Positions 1 through 8,393 of a stretch of 58,047 nucleotides of DNA are shown here, one piece after another; position 1 is the stretch's first letter; every line of letters starts with the position of its first letter. This DNA comes from a virus (lineage: Duplodnaviria > Caudoviricetes). The stretch is from IMG/VR virus record IMGVR_UViG_3300034071_002803, positions 1 through 58,047 of that record; one strand, written 5' to 3'. The position numbers and the translations under genes are program-made. The notes beneath the pieces were generated by a model. It saw only the letters and a program-made list of their open reading frames with translations, had not been told where the DNA came from and did not search any database.

Positions 1-74
1 CGAGCGACAGCAGACGACTTACATGATCTGCTTCGTATTCGTACTGATCGTAGCATTGTTTACAGGAGGTCTAG

Positions 75-467
75 GTGAATAAGGAGCAGTTGATTGAACT
101 CTTTAGGGGGAAGCCGGCTCTACTCAAGGACATTGACGGCGACGGCCATTCAATCGTTTCAAACGATTACTGGACGAACGCAGGATGGCCAGATGACTTT
201 GTGAAGGAACTATCGGAGTTTCACGAGTCAGACTTCAGCCACCCGAAGTCAACGATCTTTGACAGCGAGGGTCATCCAATCGCTGGAATGCGAGGCATCG
301 GTTGCCTTCGCTTCCACTATTGGATCGCTAGTACGCTGGAGCTCCCTTGGGGAAACGAGGAGGGTCAAATCGGTGAGTACCTCGGCAGAGGGTCGCAGGC
401 TGCTGCGATCGCTGAGGTAGCGCGATCGTTCTTGAAGGCTCAGGGGATTTCACCCCAGGAGTCGTAA
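75..467 (+). CDS. hypothetical protein (early region)
   Basis: 130-aa ORF, GTG start with AGGAGG RBS, followed by hairpins/terminator. Confidence 0.8.
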   Translation: MNKEQLIELFRGKPALLKDIDGDGHSIVSNDYWTNAGWPDDFVKELSEFHESDFSHPKSTIFDSEGHPIAGMRGIGCLRFHYWIASTLELPWGNEEGQIGEYLGRGSQAAAIAEVARSFLKAQGISPQES

Positions 468-511
468 TGTCTACGCCAGAGGGTTGATGACCCCTTCCCT
501 CTGGCTTCCCG

Positions 512-552
512 CCCCCTCACCGAGCTGACCCTCGGTGGGGGAGCTTTCTTTT
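512..552 (+). terminator. intrinsic terminator
   Basis: CCCCCTCACCGAG/CTCGGTGGGGG stem followed by CTTTCTTTT; preceded by a second hairpin GCCAGAGGG/CCCTCTGGC (475-505). Confidence 0.7.
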
Positions 553-692
553 ACCCCCAACCCTTGAGATCGCCGCGACCCCCAACCCTGAGATACCGGC
601 ACGACCCGCGACTGAGAGACGCCCCAAGGGACGCTCGTGAGAGAAGAAATCCAGACCTTTACTGAACAAGTCTCTATCCTTATTCAAATCTC

Positions 693-714
693 ATTGTTAC
701 ATCTCTGTAACAAT
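693..714. promoter_or_regulatory. operator-like palindrome ATTGTTACA-N4-TGTAACAAT
   Basis: perfect 9-bp inverted repeat in intergenic DNA. Confidence 0.5.
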
Positions 715-854
715 CGCGGCAACCCGTCACCCCCCTCTAGCCCTAACTCGGGGCTAGGCATCATTGTTGCTCGTGGTGTACCATAGCGTTAGCGGCAGGG
801 CAGCAGCTCAGCCGCCGTAGCGGTCAGGCTACTCAGGCAGAAAGGGGGTCACAA

Positions 855-1085
855 ATGAACAAGGAAACAAAGCTCAGCAGTCAAGCCGAGCTGGCCGTTT
901 TGAATGTCGTTGGCACGGCATATCACACCAGTCTTGGTTCACAGCTCCGCCAGCTCGCTGGGGAGTTTGGTAACGATGTCTGGGTCTTGGCGCAGGAGCT
1001 ATTGGTGAAGTCCACCGCGCTCCCACCGCAGGGACACAAGTGCGATAACAAGGACTTGTGCGAGTACGGCTATCGTTGCGTCTAA
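855..1085 (+). CDS. hypothetical protein
   Basis: 76-aa ORF with AAGGGGG RBS and Cys/His-rich C-terminus. Confidence 0.7.
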   Translation: MNKETKLSSQAELAVLNVVGTAYHTSLGSQLRQLAGEFGNDVWVLAQELLVKSTALPPQGHKCDNKDLCEYGYRCV

Positions 1086-1190
1086 TCTGTTCGGCGCATT
1101 TGGATTTGCGCTGAGCTGGTAGCAAGAGGTTCGCTGGGTCGGGGGTTATCGCCCCCGGCTCAGCGAGCCACAAGAGTAAGGAGTAGTGAA

Positions 1191-1388
1191 ATGTGTGAGG
1201 TCTGCGCTAAGGAGCTATACAAGGAGCGCCGTCGCCGTCAGTACGCTGACAAGCGACGCAAGAAGGGTCTGCTGGCAACAAGGCGGCTGACTCCAGAAAC
1301 TAATAGGGCAGTGAATCTTGCGCTCTGGCTTCAGGACTTTGGCGATAGCGATCAGGTAGCTCGCGGCAGACACATTGACCTCGGCTGA
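1191..1388 (+). CDS. small basic protein with CxxC
   Basis: AAGGAG RBS; MCEVC start followed by an Arg/Lys-rich helix. Confidence 0.65.
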   Translation: MCEVCAKELYKERRRRQYADKRRKKGLLATRRLTPETNRAVNLALWLQDFGDSDQVARGRHIDLG

Positions 1389-1420
1389 GGAGTAGCGCTC
1401 TCCTCTAAGCGGTTGCTCTT

Positions 1421-1460
1421 GGACCTCTCGTCGCTTCGGCGACGAGGGGTCCATTTGCTT
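1421..1460 (+). terminator. intrinsic terminator
   Basis: 14-bp stem with a cTTCGg tetraloop followed by ATTTGCTTT. Confidence 0.7.
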
Positions 1461-1672
1461 TGTGCCTACTGACTGGCCGGCTTCACATCTCAATGCGCCA
1501 CACCCGCCACTAGCACGCGCCAACGCCCCCGCCACACCCAAACACCCCCCACCCGCCCCATTTGCCCCCCGGGGTGCGTAAAATTTTGCTGCTATTTTTT
1601 TATTGTTTATTACCCCCAACCCATACCACATACCACACGCCATTATGGCTAATACAAAGCATGGTATATTGC

Positions 1673-1700
1673 TTGCCACGCCAGTTAGCTGGGTTATAAT
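1673..1700 (+). promoter_or_regulatory. sigma70-type promoter
   Basis: TTGCCA-N16-TATAAT; additional TGGTATAT extended -10 boxes near 1662 and 1734. Confidence 0.6.
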
Positions 1701-1764
1701 GCTGCGCAAGGTAATCGGACCTAATACTACGCATGGTATATCCTTTGAGCTGGTGAGGTGTGGC

Positions 1765-2478
1765 ATGGCATCGGGAATTCTTCGAGCACCGCGCTGGGCC
1801 CGCGCATACCAATTTAGTATTATGGCCCCGAAAGGCATGTCTGACCGGGCGCTGAAGCGGTGGAAGCCAATGCTCGACCAAGCACAGAAAATTGCGGAAA
1901 CGGAATCCGTACCGCTTCGCTTGCTGCGGATACACCACCACCCCAATAACCCGATGGACTGCGCAGCTGGGGCCGCCTACGAAAAGACCAACGAGATCAT
2001 GATGTGCACAGTCCCGTCGGATATGGACACGCTATTGCATGAATTTGCACACCTGTTAGCGCATGGCGGGCACACAGAGGCATGGGCGGAAACATGCTTT
2101 TTCCTGTATCGTAGGTACCTACCAAAGCACGAAATTGATTTCGCGGTTTGGGAAGCATGTAGGGTATACAAGAACGCACGGGTGGTATTCCGTCGTCAGC
2201 GTAAGGAAAAGAAGCTACGCGCCAAAAAGGCAGTAGCAACGAGAAGGAGGAGGGGGACCAGTGTCAAGCCAGAAAAGCCAGCCACAGAAGGACCAGACCT
2301 TCGAGGAGGTCTTTCAGGAGATCTACCAGGAAGCGTTCAGCCTGTTGATCGACCGACAGACGAAGTACGGCTCTGCGAATATCTCCCAACTGGGCCTGTA
2401 CGGAGTGATAAGCCGGATAGCGAACGACAAGACCTCGCGGATTCTACACGCGATGAACGGCTCTTTGATTGCGGGTAG
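1765..2478 (+). CDS. HEXXH zincin/SprT-like metallopeptidase-domain protein
   Basis: TLLHEFAHLLAHGGH motif; GAGGTG RBS before ATG 1765; the 3' end overlaps the next gene. Confidence 0.65.
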   Translation: MASGILRAPRWARAYQFSIMAPKGMSDRALKRWKPMLDQAQKIAETESVPLRLLRIHHHPNNPMDCAAGAAYEKTNEIMMCTVPSDMDTLLHEFAHLLAHGGHTEAWAETCFFLYRRYLPKHEIDFAVWEACRVYKNARVVFRRQRKEKKLRAKKAVATRRRRGTSVKPEKPATEGPDLRGGLSGDLPGSVQPVDRPTDEVRLCEYLPTGPVRSDKPDSERQDLADSTRDERLFDCG

Positions 2479-2629
2479 GGTGCACCTCAAGCCATTTGAG
2501 ACCCACGCGGACGAAACTATTGAGGACGCCCTGCTCGACATTGCAAACTACGCGCTGATTGCCATTGCCCTCAATCGCGGAAAGTGGGGCGCTCCCCTGA
2601 AGTCCGAGGTTGAAAAGCATGGCGCTTAA
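2261..2629 (+). CDS. DUF1599 / nucleotide-modification-associated domain 1 (MazG-like all-alpha) protein
   Basis: RQTKYG...RIANDKTSRI...ETIEDALLDIANYALIA pattern; AGGAGG RBS before GTG. Confidence 0.75.
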   Translation: MSSQKSQPQKDQTFEEVFQEIYQEAFSLLIDRQTKYGSANISQLGLYGVISRIANDKTSRILHAMNGSLIAGRVHLKPFETHADETIEDALLDIANYALIAIALNRGKWGAPLKSEVEKHGA

Positions 2630-2747
2630 GAAGCGGGATTCCGATCGCTACATCTTTTCTGCCAGGTCTGGCGAAGAGCCAGTTAGCTGGAAGTGGAGCA
2701 TTATCGGCGCGATCATTGCTGGCGCGCTGGCAATGCTATTCCTGTGA
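2619..2747 (+). CDS. small membrane protein (42 aa; not in ORF track)
   Basis: MALKKRDSDRYIFSARSGEEPVSWKWSIIGAIIAGALAMLFL; its stop overlaps the methyltransferase start (GTGA). Confidence 0.6.
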   Translation: MALKKRDSDRYIFSARSGEEPVSWKWSIIGAIIAGALAMLFL

Positions 2748-3934
2748 GGCACGCCTCATTTTTTAGCGGCGTCGGCGGACTGGACATTGGTTTTACCCGC
2801 GCAGGGATGACCACGGTAAGCTTTAGCGAAATTGAGCCATATGCCTCTCAAATACTTACAGAACGATTCCCAGAGATACCAAACATTGGAGATATCACCA
2901 AGCTAGACGGGAAGGAGATACCTGATGCGGAAATCTGGACGGGGGGATTCCCCTGCCAAGACCTCAGCCTCGCAGGAAAGCGAGCCGGTTTTGATGGCGA
3001 AAGAAGTGTCCTCGCTTTTTCATTCCTCAACCTTGTGGAGCGACGTAAGCCTCGGTGGCTGGTGCTGGAAAACGTCCTTGGGCTCTTCTCTTCCTCTGGC
3101 GGTCGCGACTTCGGAAGGCTCCTCCGTGAAATGGATGAACTCGGGTACTCTGTTGCGTGGAGAACTTTCGATGCAAGATACTTCGGAGTCGCCCAACGAC
3201 GCCGTCGAGTGTTCATTGTCGCAAGTCTTATCGAAGAAGGCCCCGCAAAGGTTCTCTTTGAGTGCGAAGGCGAGTGCGGGCATCTTGGAACGAGCACGCA
3301 AGCGCGGAAAGAACCTGCCGGAGAGCCTGAAAGCCTCGCTCGAGAGTGGGAGCTTTTCAACCCGCCGTTTGACCCCGACAGAATGCGAAGTTCTTATGGG
3401 ATGGCCGAAGGGCTGGACAATCAGCAACTGGTGGAAGGCAAGACCGCGCAAGCGGAAGACCCACAACGGGTAGGGAATTTTGAGCTGTACGACTTTCCTG
3501 AAGACTCTGTCGCCCCAGCGCTAGCTTCTTCAAGGGCAAGAGACCAGATTGCGTACAGCATTCGAGAGGATGCCAAGGCAAACAACTTTTCGGCAAATGA
3601 AATTAAAGTTGCCAATGCCCTTCAAGCTCTTTGGCCAGGCGAGCAGTCACATCATGCCCAGACATTTATTGTTGGGTCTTCCTACGACGGATACAACCAA
3701 AAGCTTGACCCAGACGGACCACATCGAACCTTGAGGATTGGACGCGACTCTACAGACTTTGTTGTTGCAGAGGGCGGCGTATCTGACGACCCCCTGCTGC
3801 CAGAGGGGCTTGATATGCATCGGTACCGGGTGTGCGGAAACGGGATCGCTGCCCCAGTGGCAGAGTGGATTGCCAGGCGCATTATCGCCATAGATGCCCT
3901 CCAGGAAGCCCCAGGAGCCAAGGTAGGGCTTTAG
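2744..3934 (+). CDS. C5-cytosine DNA methyltransferase, large (alpha) subunit
   Basis: motifs I FSGVGG, IV GFPCQ, VI ENV, VIII QRRRRVF and X RYRVCGNG; motif IX is absent from this frame. Confidence 0.92.
   Translation: MRHASFFSGVGGLDIGFTRAGMTTVSFSEIEPYASQILTERFPEIPNIGDITKLDGKEIPDAEIWTGGFPCQDLSLAGKRAGFDGERSVLAFSFLNLVERRKPRWLVLENVLGLFSSSGGRDFGRLLREMDELGYSVAWRTFDARYFGVAQRRRRVFIVASLIEEGPAKVLFECEGECGHLGTSTQARKEPAGEPESLAREWELFNPPFDPDRMRSSYGMAEGLDNQQLVEGKTAQAEDPQRVGNFELYDFPEDSVAPALASSRARDQIAYSIREDAKANNFSANEIKVANALQALWPGEQSHHAQTFIVGSSYDGYNQKLDPDGPHRTLRIGRDSTDFVVAEGGVSDDPLLPEGLDMHRYRVCGNGIAAPVAEWIARRIIAIDALQEAPGAKVGL
2925..3473 (+). CDS. overlapping-frame C5-MTase small (beta) subunit carrying motif IX
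   Basis: +1 frame inside the MTase gene; AAGGAG RBS 7 nt upstream of ATG; RRLTPTECEVLMGWPKGWT matches motif IX. Confidence 0.8.
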   Translation: MRKSGRGDSPAKTSASQESEPVLMAKEVSSLFHSSTLWSDVSLGGWCWKTSLGSSLPLAVATSEGSSVKWMNSGTLLRGELSMQDTSESPNDAVECSLSQVLSKKAPQRFSLSAKASAGILERARKRGKNLPESLKASLESGSFSTRRLTPTECEVLMGWPKGWTISNWWKARPRKRKTHNG

Positions 3935-3935
3935 G

Positions 3936-4127
3936 GTGGCAAAGTACCAGCCAGACCAGGAAGGGCCGTCAAAACGCCGCAAAACCCCATTGCTGGGCAT
4001 TTGTAACTACTGCGGTGCACCCAAGCAGGTATATGAGCAGGAAGACGAGTACAAGGTTATCTTTAGGGCATGCCTAGAGTGCATTAGGGACATTGCAAAC
4101 GGGTATCGACCTAGCGAACCGTCTTGA
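3936..4127 (+). CDS. small zinc-ribbon protein
   Basis: CNYC...CLEC. Confidence 0.6.
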   Translation: MAKYQPDQEGPSKRRKTPLLGICNYCGAPKQVYEQEDEYKVIFRACLECIRDIANGYRPSEPS

Positions 4128-4722
4128 TTGACTCCCAGTCGCCAGCGTCCTGCCAGCCCCCAATGTAGAGGTCCCGAAGCTGGTGAATCTTATGGTACTG
4201 CGTTAGCACATCAACCATTGGGATCTCTGGTGAGAATCTTTCTGGGGAAATCTTATCGATTGCATGCCGCAGTGCATCAACATCAGTAAACTGATATAAC
4301 CCCATACAGACTGGCACACGCGGCTTGCCGCGAATCCATCCTCCAGCTGCTGGATAATCCCACTGCCGGTTGATTGGCATATTTGAAACGCCAACCCAAT
4401 CACCGACATCCATCACTGGTCCCTTAAGCAGGCTATCGGCAAAAGAAACAAGCAGTGTGCCGGTGTGCGTTGTCTTTGAAAGATAGTGCCGAAGTGCAGA
4501 GGCTGGGCCGCCGCCACCGTCGTATCCGTAAATCTCTGACCCCTCCCATTCGTTTGACGCAAGTGTCTCAACATCCTTGCTTAGGACGACCGCATCAAGG
4601 GGTACTTCAAGCCAGGCATCTGTATGCCACTTATGGACTGGCTTGTCTTTTGCCCACACAAGCATTTTGCAAATACCATCAAGCCTGGTTGACTTGCCAG
4701 CGGAAAGAACAACGACTCTCAT
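4111..4722 (-). CDS. sugar-phosphate nucleotidyltransferase-like protein
   Basis: VVLSAGKSTRL...K N-terminal motif; C-terminal WQDAG. Confidence 0.75.
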   Translation of the reverse strand: MRVVVLSAGKSTRLDGICKMLVWAKDKPVHKWHTDAWLEVPLDAVVLSKDVETLASNEWEGSEIYGYDGGGGPASALRHYLSKTTHTGTLLVSFADSLLKGPVMDVGDWVGVSNMPINRQWDYPAAGGWIRGKPRVPVCMGLYQFTDVDALRHAIDKISPERFSPEIPMVDVLTQYHKIHQLRDLYIGGWQDAGDWESIKTVR

Positions 4723-5396
4723 GATCCCTTAAGCTTTTTTGCGATTGCCGTAACTTGGTCTGGGTTAATCGGCTGCAAGAATTTCTTCTCAGCGATATTG
4801 TCTCGATATTCTTGCTCGATCTTTCTTACCATCTCTTTTGTTACAAGATATCCATAAGACTGGTGGCTTTCATGTATCCAGTTTGGAGAGAGTCGATATT
4901 CCCATGTAACCTCTGGTATGCAAACAAATGTTGCACCGGCAGCAACAGCCCTACACCAGAATGTCCAGTCATATCCATACTCTGTGCCAAACTTTCCAAT
5001 TTTGTCAAATAGGCTTTTTCTAACAAGCGCATTGTGGCTGATGTTGTTGTTCTCAAAAAGCTTGTCTGGGCTGAATGGAACGTTGTACCAGCCAGAGTAA
5101 TTCTCGCCCTTGGCATACGAGTAGACGACATCAACGCCGTCAACCGCCTCCTTCAGAAGTCGCTCAATATGGTGCGGCATAAGGATGTCGTCGTCATCAA
5201 GGATTTGCACCCACTCGGTTTGCACCATATCAATCAGGCCGTTCTTTATGAACGCTCCGCCCTTTCGATTCGTGTCAATGCCAATGTAGTGCTCGGCAAC
5301 TGGGGATGTTTGGGCTTCGACGCAGGCAATAGCCTCAAGCAAGAGGTGCTGCCGGTCTGGGACGGTTGCGGTGATAACGCTAACCGCGCTGCTCAT
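4719..5396 (-). CDS. glycosyltransferase family 2
   Basis: VSVITAT...EWVQILDDDD...YDW.FW pattern. Confidence 0.85.
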   Translation of the reverse strand: MSSAVSVITATVPDRQHLLLEAIACVEAQTSPVAEHYIGIDTNRKGGAFIKNGLIDMVQTEWVQILDDDDILMPHHIERLLKEAVDGVDVVYSYAKGENYSGWYNVPFSPDKLFENNNISHNALVRKSLFDKIGKFGTEYGYDWTFWCRAVAAGATFVCIPEVTWEYRLSPNWIHESHQSYGYLVTKEMVRKIEQEYRDNIAEKKFLQPINPDQVTAIAKKLKGS

Positions 5397-5397
5397 A

Positions 5398-5700
5398 TTA
5401 CAGGCCGAACTTTGTGATTAGCTCTTCGGCAAACAAGACCCCAGTTGTCGACTTTGGGGACTCGCCAGCCTTAATCACGACAAGTGTCGGGACGCTCTTG
5501 ATTTCAAATTCCCTGACCGCGTTTGGGTTTTTGTCTACATTCACTTTTACAATTTGTAGATTTGGCTTCATTGATGAAAGTCGCTCAAGCTCTGCGCTAA
5601 TCGCTCTGCATGGATGGCACCACGGTGCCCAGAAATCAATAATGGTGTCGCCCTTTGCGATAATGCTTGAAAGCGATTCTGTGCCGAGCTCAAAAATCAT
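5398..5700 (-). CDS. trxA: thioredoxin
   Basis: IDFWAPWCHPC, KVNVD, SVPT; AGGAG RBS before ATG 5700. Confidence 0.9.
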   Translation of the reverse strand: MIFELGTESLSSIIAKGDTIIDFWAPWCHPCRAISAELERLSSMKPNLQIVKVNVDKNPNAVREFEIKSVPTLVVIKAGESPKSTTGVLFAEELITKFGL

Positions 5701-5734
5701 TTGGCGTCTCCTGATGTGGTGTTGGGGGGTTTCT

Positions 5735-5762
5735 ATTATAACAAAATCCCCGCAGCTAGCAA
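5735..5762 (-). promoter_or_regulatory. sigma70 promoter for the trx-GT2-nucleotidyltransferase genes
   Basis: TTGCTA-N16-TATAAT with TG extension on the minus strand. Confidence 0.65.
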
Positions 5763-5770
5763 GTGCCATG

Positions 5771-6124
5771 TTATTTGCGGAAGAGCACTTGGTGCTCTAG
5801 GTTCGCCTCGACGCCATACGCTTCAAAAATCTGTATTGCTTGAGCTTCAGTCATATCTGCAGAATCAGTGCTTCCATACCAAGATGTCTTTAGTGTTCCG
5901 CCAGTAGGGTATCCATCTCGACCTATGTGCAACTCTGCCCAGATGTTAGGGCCGTTAAGCGCAAAGTACACATGCACAACGCGCTTTGGCTCAACAGAAA
6001 GGCACTCAAGAAATTCCTGGCTTTCCTTTTCGTTTTTTTCTTGCCACTCAGCACATTCCGCTACTGTCTTTTCAAGGATATTAAGAGCATCGCCCTCATT
6101 AATTTCGTTCACAGTATTTTTCAT
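5771..6124 (-). CDS. hypothetical protein
   Basis: 117-aa ORF, translationally coupled to its neighbour. Confidence 0.7.
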   Translation of the reverse strand: MKNTVNEINEGDALNILEKTVAECAEWQEKNEKESQEFLECLSVEPKRVVHVYFALNGPNIWAELHIGRDGYPTGGTLKTSWYGSTDSADMTEAQAIQIFEAYGVEANLEHQVLFRK

Positions 6125-6444
6125 GACTTCCTCAAGCTGTGGATGAAGATTGGGTTTTTAATTTCGCCGCTGCGAAGCGATCCGAGGATATTATACGAAA
6201 ACCACTCAAGGGCGTCCTGCCAGTGGTCGCAGGTGTCCTCGCAGGATTCCTCTTCGCAATTTAGCTTAAAGTTTTCTTGCAAGCCAGCAACACATTCGTC
6301 TCTGTCGTACACCGCAATGCTGTGGCTGATGTTTACGTCAAATACCTCACCGATTCCAACAAGGGCGTGTTCAATCTCGGGAAGGAAAATTACATCGTCG
6401 CCAACGACAAGCTGGTCGCCGTCTTCCATATCAAATACCGGCAC
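6121..6444 (-). CDS. hypothetical acidic phage protein
   Basis: AVYD..CV..L...EWFSYNILGS..GE..PIFI pattern typical of small phage proteins; AGGAGG RBS. Confidence 0.75.
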   Translation of the reverse strand: MPVFDMEDGDQLVVGDDVIFLPEIEHALVGIGEVFDVNISHSIAVYDRDECVAGLQENFKLNCEEESCEDTCDHWQDALEWFSYNILGSLRSGEIKNPIFIHSLRKS

Positions 6445-6452
6445 AAGCCCTC

Positions 6453-6848
6453 CTAAAACTCACCGCACGCCAGCGGAAGCTTTGAAATTGTTACATCCCA
6501 TGCCGACTCAACTGCGGCAACTCCATCTATGGTATCAGCAATCCAGAGCGTGTGGGACTCTACGATGTCCCTTGCCTGTTGGCCGCATGGGCTTTTGGGG
6601 ACGCGGGAAGCCTCGTCTTTTACCCATTGTATCTTTTGATCTAATGCTTTACGCCAAACAAGGTCTGGCTCCCAATTCACACTAGCTTCTCCAATCCACA
6701 TGCTCTCATGCCAGAAGAAGACTTCTGCCCGCAAGGCCGTAAGCCTATCCGTAAATCGTGACGAATCCGTACCGGGCGCAACAGACCCCTGAAAGATTAC
6801 GACAAGGGTGAATGCGTATGACAGGAGTAAGACATCAAATCCGCGCAT
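6453..6848 (-). CDS. hypothetical protein with N-terminal hydrophobic/signal segment
   Basis: MRGFDVLLLSYAFTLVVIF start. Confidence 0.6.
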   Translation of the reverse strand: MRGFDVLLLSYAFTLVVIFQGSVAPGTDSSRFTDRLTALRAEVFFWHESMWIGEASVNWEPDLVWRKALDQKIQWVKDEASRVPKSPCGQQARDIVESHTLWIADTIDGVAAVESAWDVTISKLPLACGEF

Positions 6849-6850
6849 GG

Positions 6851-7429
6851 CTAAAAGCTGAACCTTGCAAGCTGGTATGCCTCTGCCCTGCCGTATCCGC
6901 ATCGATACCCCCACCAGGTGTCCTTCGCCAGCAGATGCTCTTTGGTGAAGTACTGGTTGTGCAACTGGCTCTTATGGCACCCCAGCGCCTTTGCCCTGGC
7001 GGCAACCAAATCCGGGGTTAGGTCAAGGTATGTATTTGGGTTGAATCCGTGCAGCGTGGACGGGGTGGCGTAGTAAGCAAGCGACGTATGTCGCCGCCTC
7101 AAAGCAGATAGGGTCGCTTCAGATACGGATCGGTGGTCCTGGTGGGTATCTTCTGGGTGTGGGGCGAGCACAAGGTCGTATTCAGACGAGAGCTCCGTAA
7201 TATCGTCAATAAGCTGACTATCGATCTGAACTGAGCCGTCCTTACGGTGCAGGAACTGTATGTTGGCATTAATGGTCTTGGCTGAAGCTTGTGCTTCCTT
7301 TGCTCTATCGCTAGAGCTTGTTCCAGTCACGATGACGATCTCAACGCTTTCTGCATGCACGCTGGACAGCAGACCCCAGCAGCCGTATTCCACATCATCT
7401 GGGTGAGGACCGATTGCGAGGATCTTCAT
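6851..7429 (-). CDS. PIG-L/LmbE family N-deacetylase
   Basis: AIGPHPDDVE, HPEDTHQDH and CHKSQ motifs. Confidence 0.9.
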   Translation of the reverse strand: MKILAIGPHPDDVEYGCWGLLSSVHAESVEIVIVTGTSSSDRAKEAQASAKTINANIQFLHRKDGSVQIDSQLIDDITELSSEYDLVLAPHPEDTHQDHRSVSEATLSALRRRHTSLAYYATPSTLHGFNPNTYLDLTPDLVAARAKALGCHKSQLHNQYFTKEHLLAKDTWWGYRCGYGRAEAYQLARFSF

Positions 7430-7619
7430 TCCCGATACTCCTGTATAGACCCACTGTTTGTGGGGTTTAGGTAGTTTTACGGTGACGGAAAACTACCGTT
7501 TTTTAAAAATTTTTTCCAAGCTTTGCACGAGCAGAGCTGACAGGCGGCCCGCCTAACCCTGACAACTTGATCAATTATAACTTTGCTATCAGTCAAACTC
7601 CACAAAGCCTATGGTTATT

Positions 7620-8393
7620 CTAGCTTGATGTTCTTTTATCTTTTAGTCTTACTTCTGGTGTGCCCCTGCTTGGGGATACATGATATGTAACAAATTCTGG
7701 GTATTTCTCCAAAAGGTACTTTACGCCCTCGGAAAGTGTTTCTTCAGTTCTAAATTCCTGCATTCCGCCCGGCTCACCAATATACTTAGTGTCAACCGCG
7801 ATGTACTCTAGCCTTAGAACGCCACCGTCCCTAAGATAAAATTTAATAGATTTTTCATAATCATCTTTGTCGTTTGTTCCAATTAGCTCACACTCGTCGT
7901 GCCTTATTATTACGCCGTACATGGTTCCTATAATAAAAGACAGGTCGACACGAATCTTTGGCTTCATAAAATATGGATTCATAACTGGGTAAATTCCCCA
8001 CAGGTTAAAGCCCAGGGTTTCCAGAGCAGAAAATGATTCAACAAATAGATCTGGAAGGCTTGGTACATCTTCAAGTGTTTTCTCGTCAATCATTTTAACT
8101 ACCCTAGTCAAATCGTCGTCGCAGAAAACAACTCTTGAGCCGACCGGGTATGCCCTAGCCAGGTAATTCCTGAAACCCATTGCCCCGGGCTTTGCTTCAT
8201 ACTTTATAAGCTGTCCGTAGGTTTCAGCATCAAGTGACTCAAGGTATTCTTGGTGCTGGTCTTCCCCGCGAACATGAACATGAATCTTTTCTGGCGGAAC
8301 TCCGCCCCTAATAAGTGTCGGGATTGTTTTGTTTTTTATGGTATCTGGTCTTCCGTATGACGGTATGGCAACCACATAATCGCTACTGTTCAT
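7620..8393 (-). CDS. TET-associated (GREB1-like, GT-A) glycosyltransferase 1
   Basis: VAIPSYGR...FCDDD...DKDDYE...GGVLR...PGGMQ pattern; directly downstream of the TET gene. Confidence 0.8.
   Translation of the reverse strand: MNSSDYVVAIPSYGRPDTIKNKTIPTLIRGGVPPEKIHVHVRGEDQHQEYLESLDAETYGQLIKYEAKPGAMGFRNYLARAYPVGSRVVFCDDDLTRVVKMIDEKTLEDVPSLPDLFVESFSALETLGFNLWGIYPVMNPYFMKPKIRVDLSFIIGTMYGVIIRHDECELIGTNDKDDYEKSIKFYLRDGGVLRLEYIAVDTKYIGEPGGMQEFRTEETLSEGVKYLLEKYPEFVTYHVSPSRGTPEVRLKDKRTSS

Noticed and set aside
1215-1946. 243-aa minus-strand ORF
   Set aside because: No motifs; overlaps plus-strand genes, a terminator and promoters
7430-7620. tRNA or riboswitch in the TAGT-1/PIG-L spacer
   Set aside because: Only a simple hairpin (GGTAGTTTT/AAAACTACC) and a TATAAT box; no cloverleaf or recognisable aptamer
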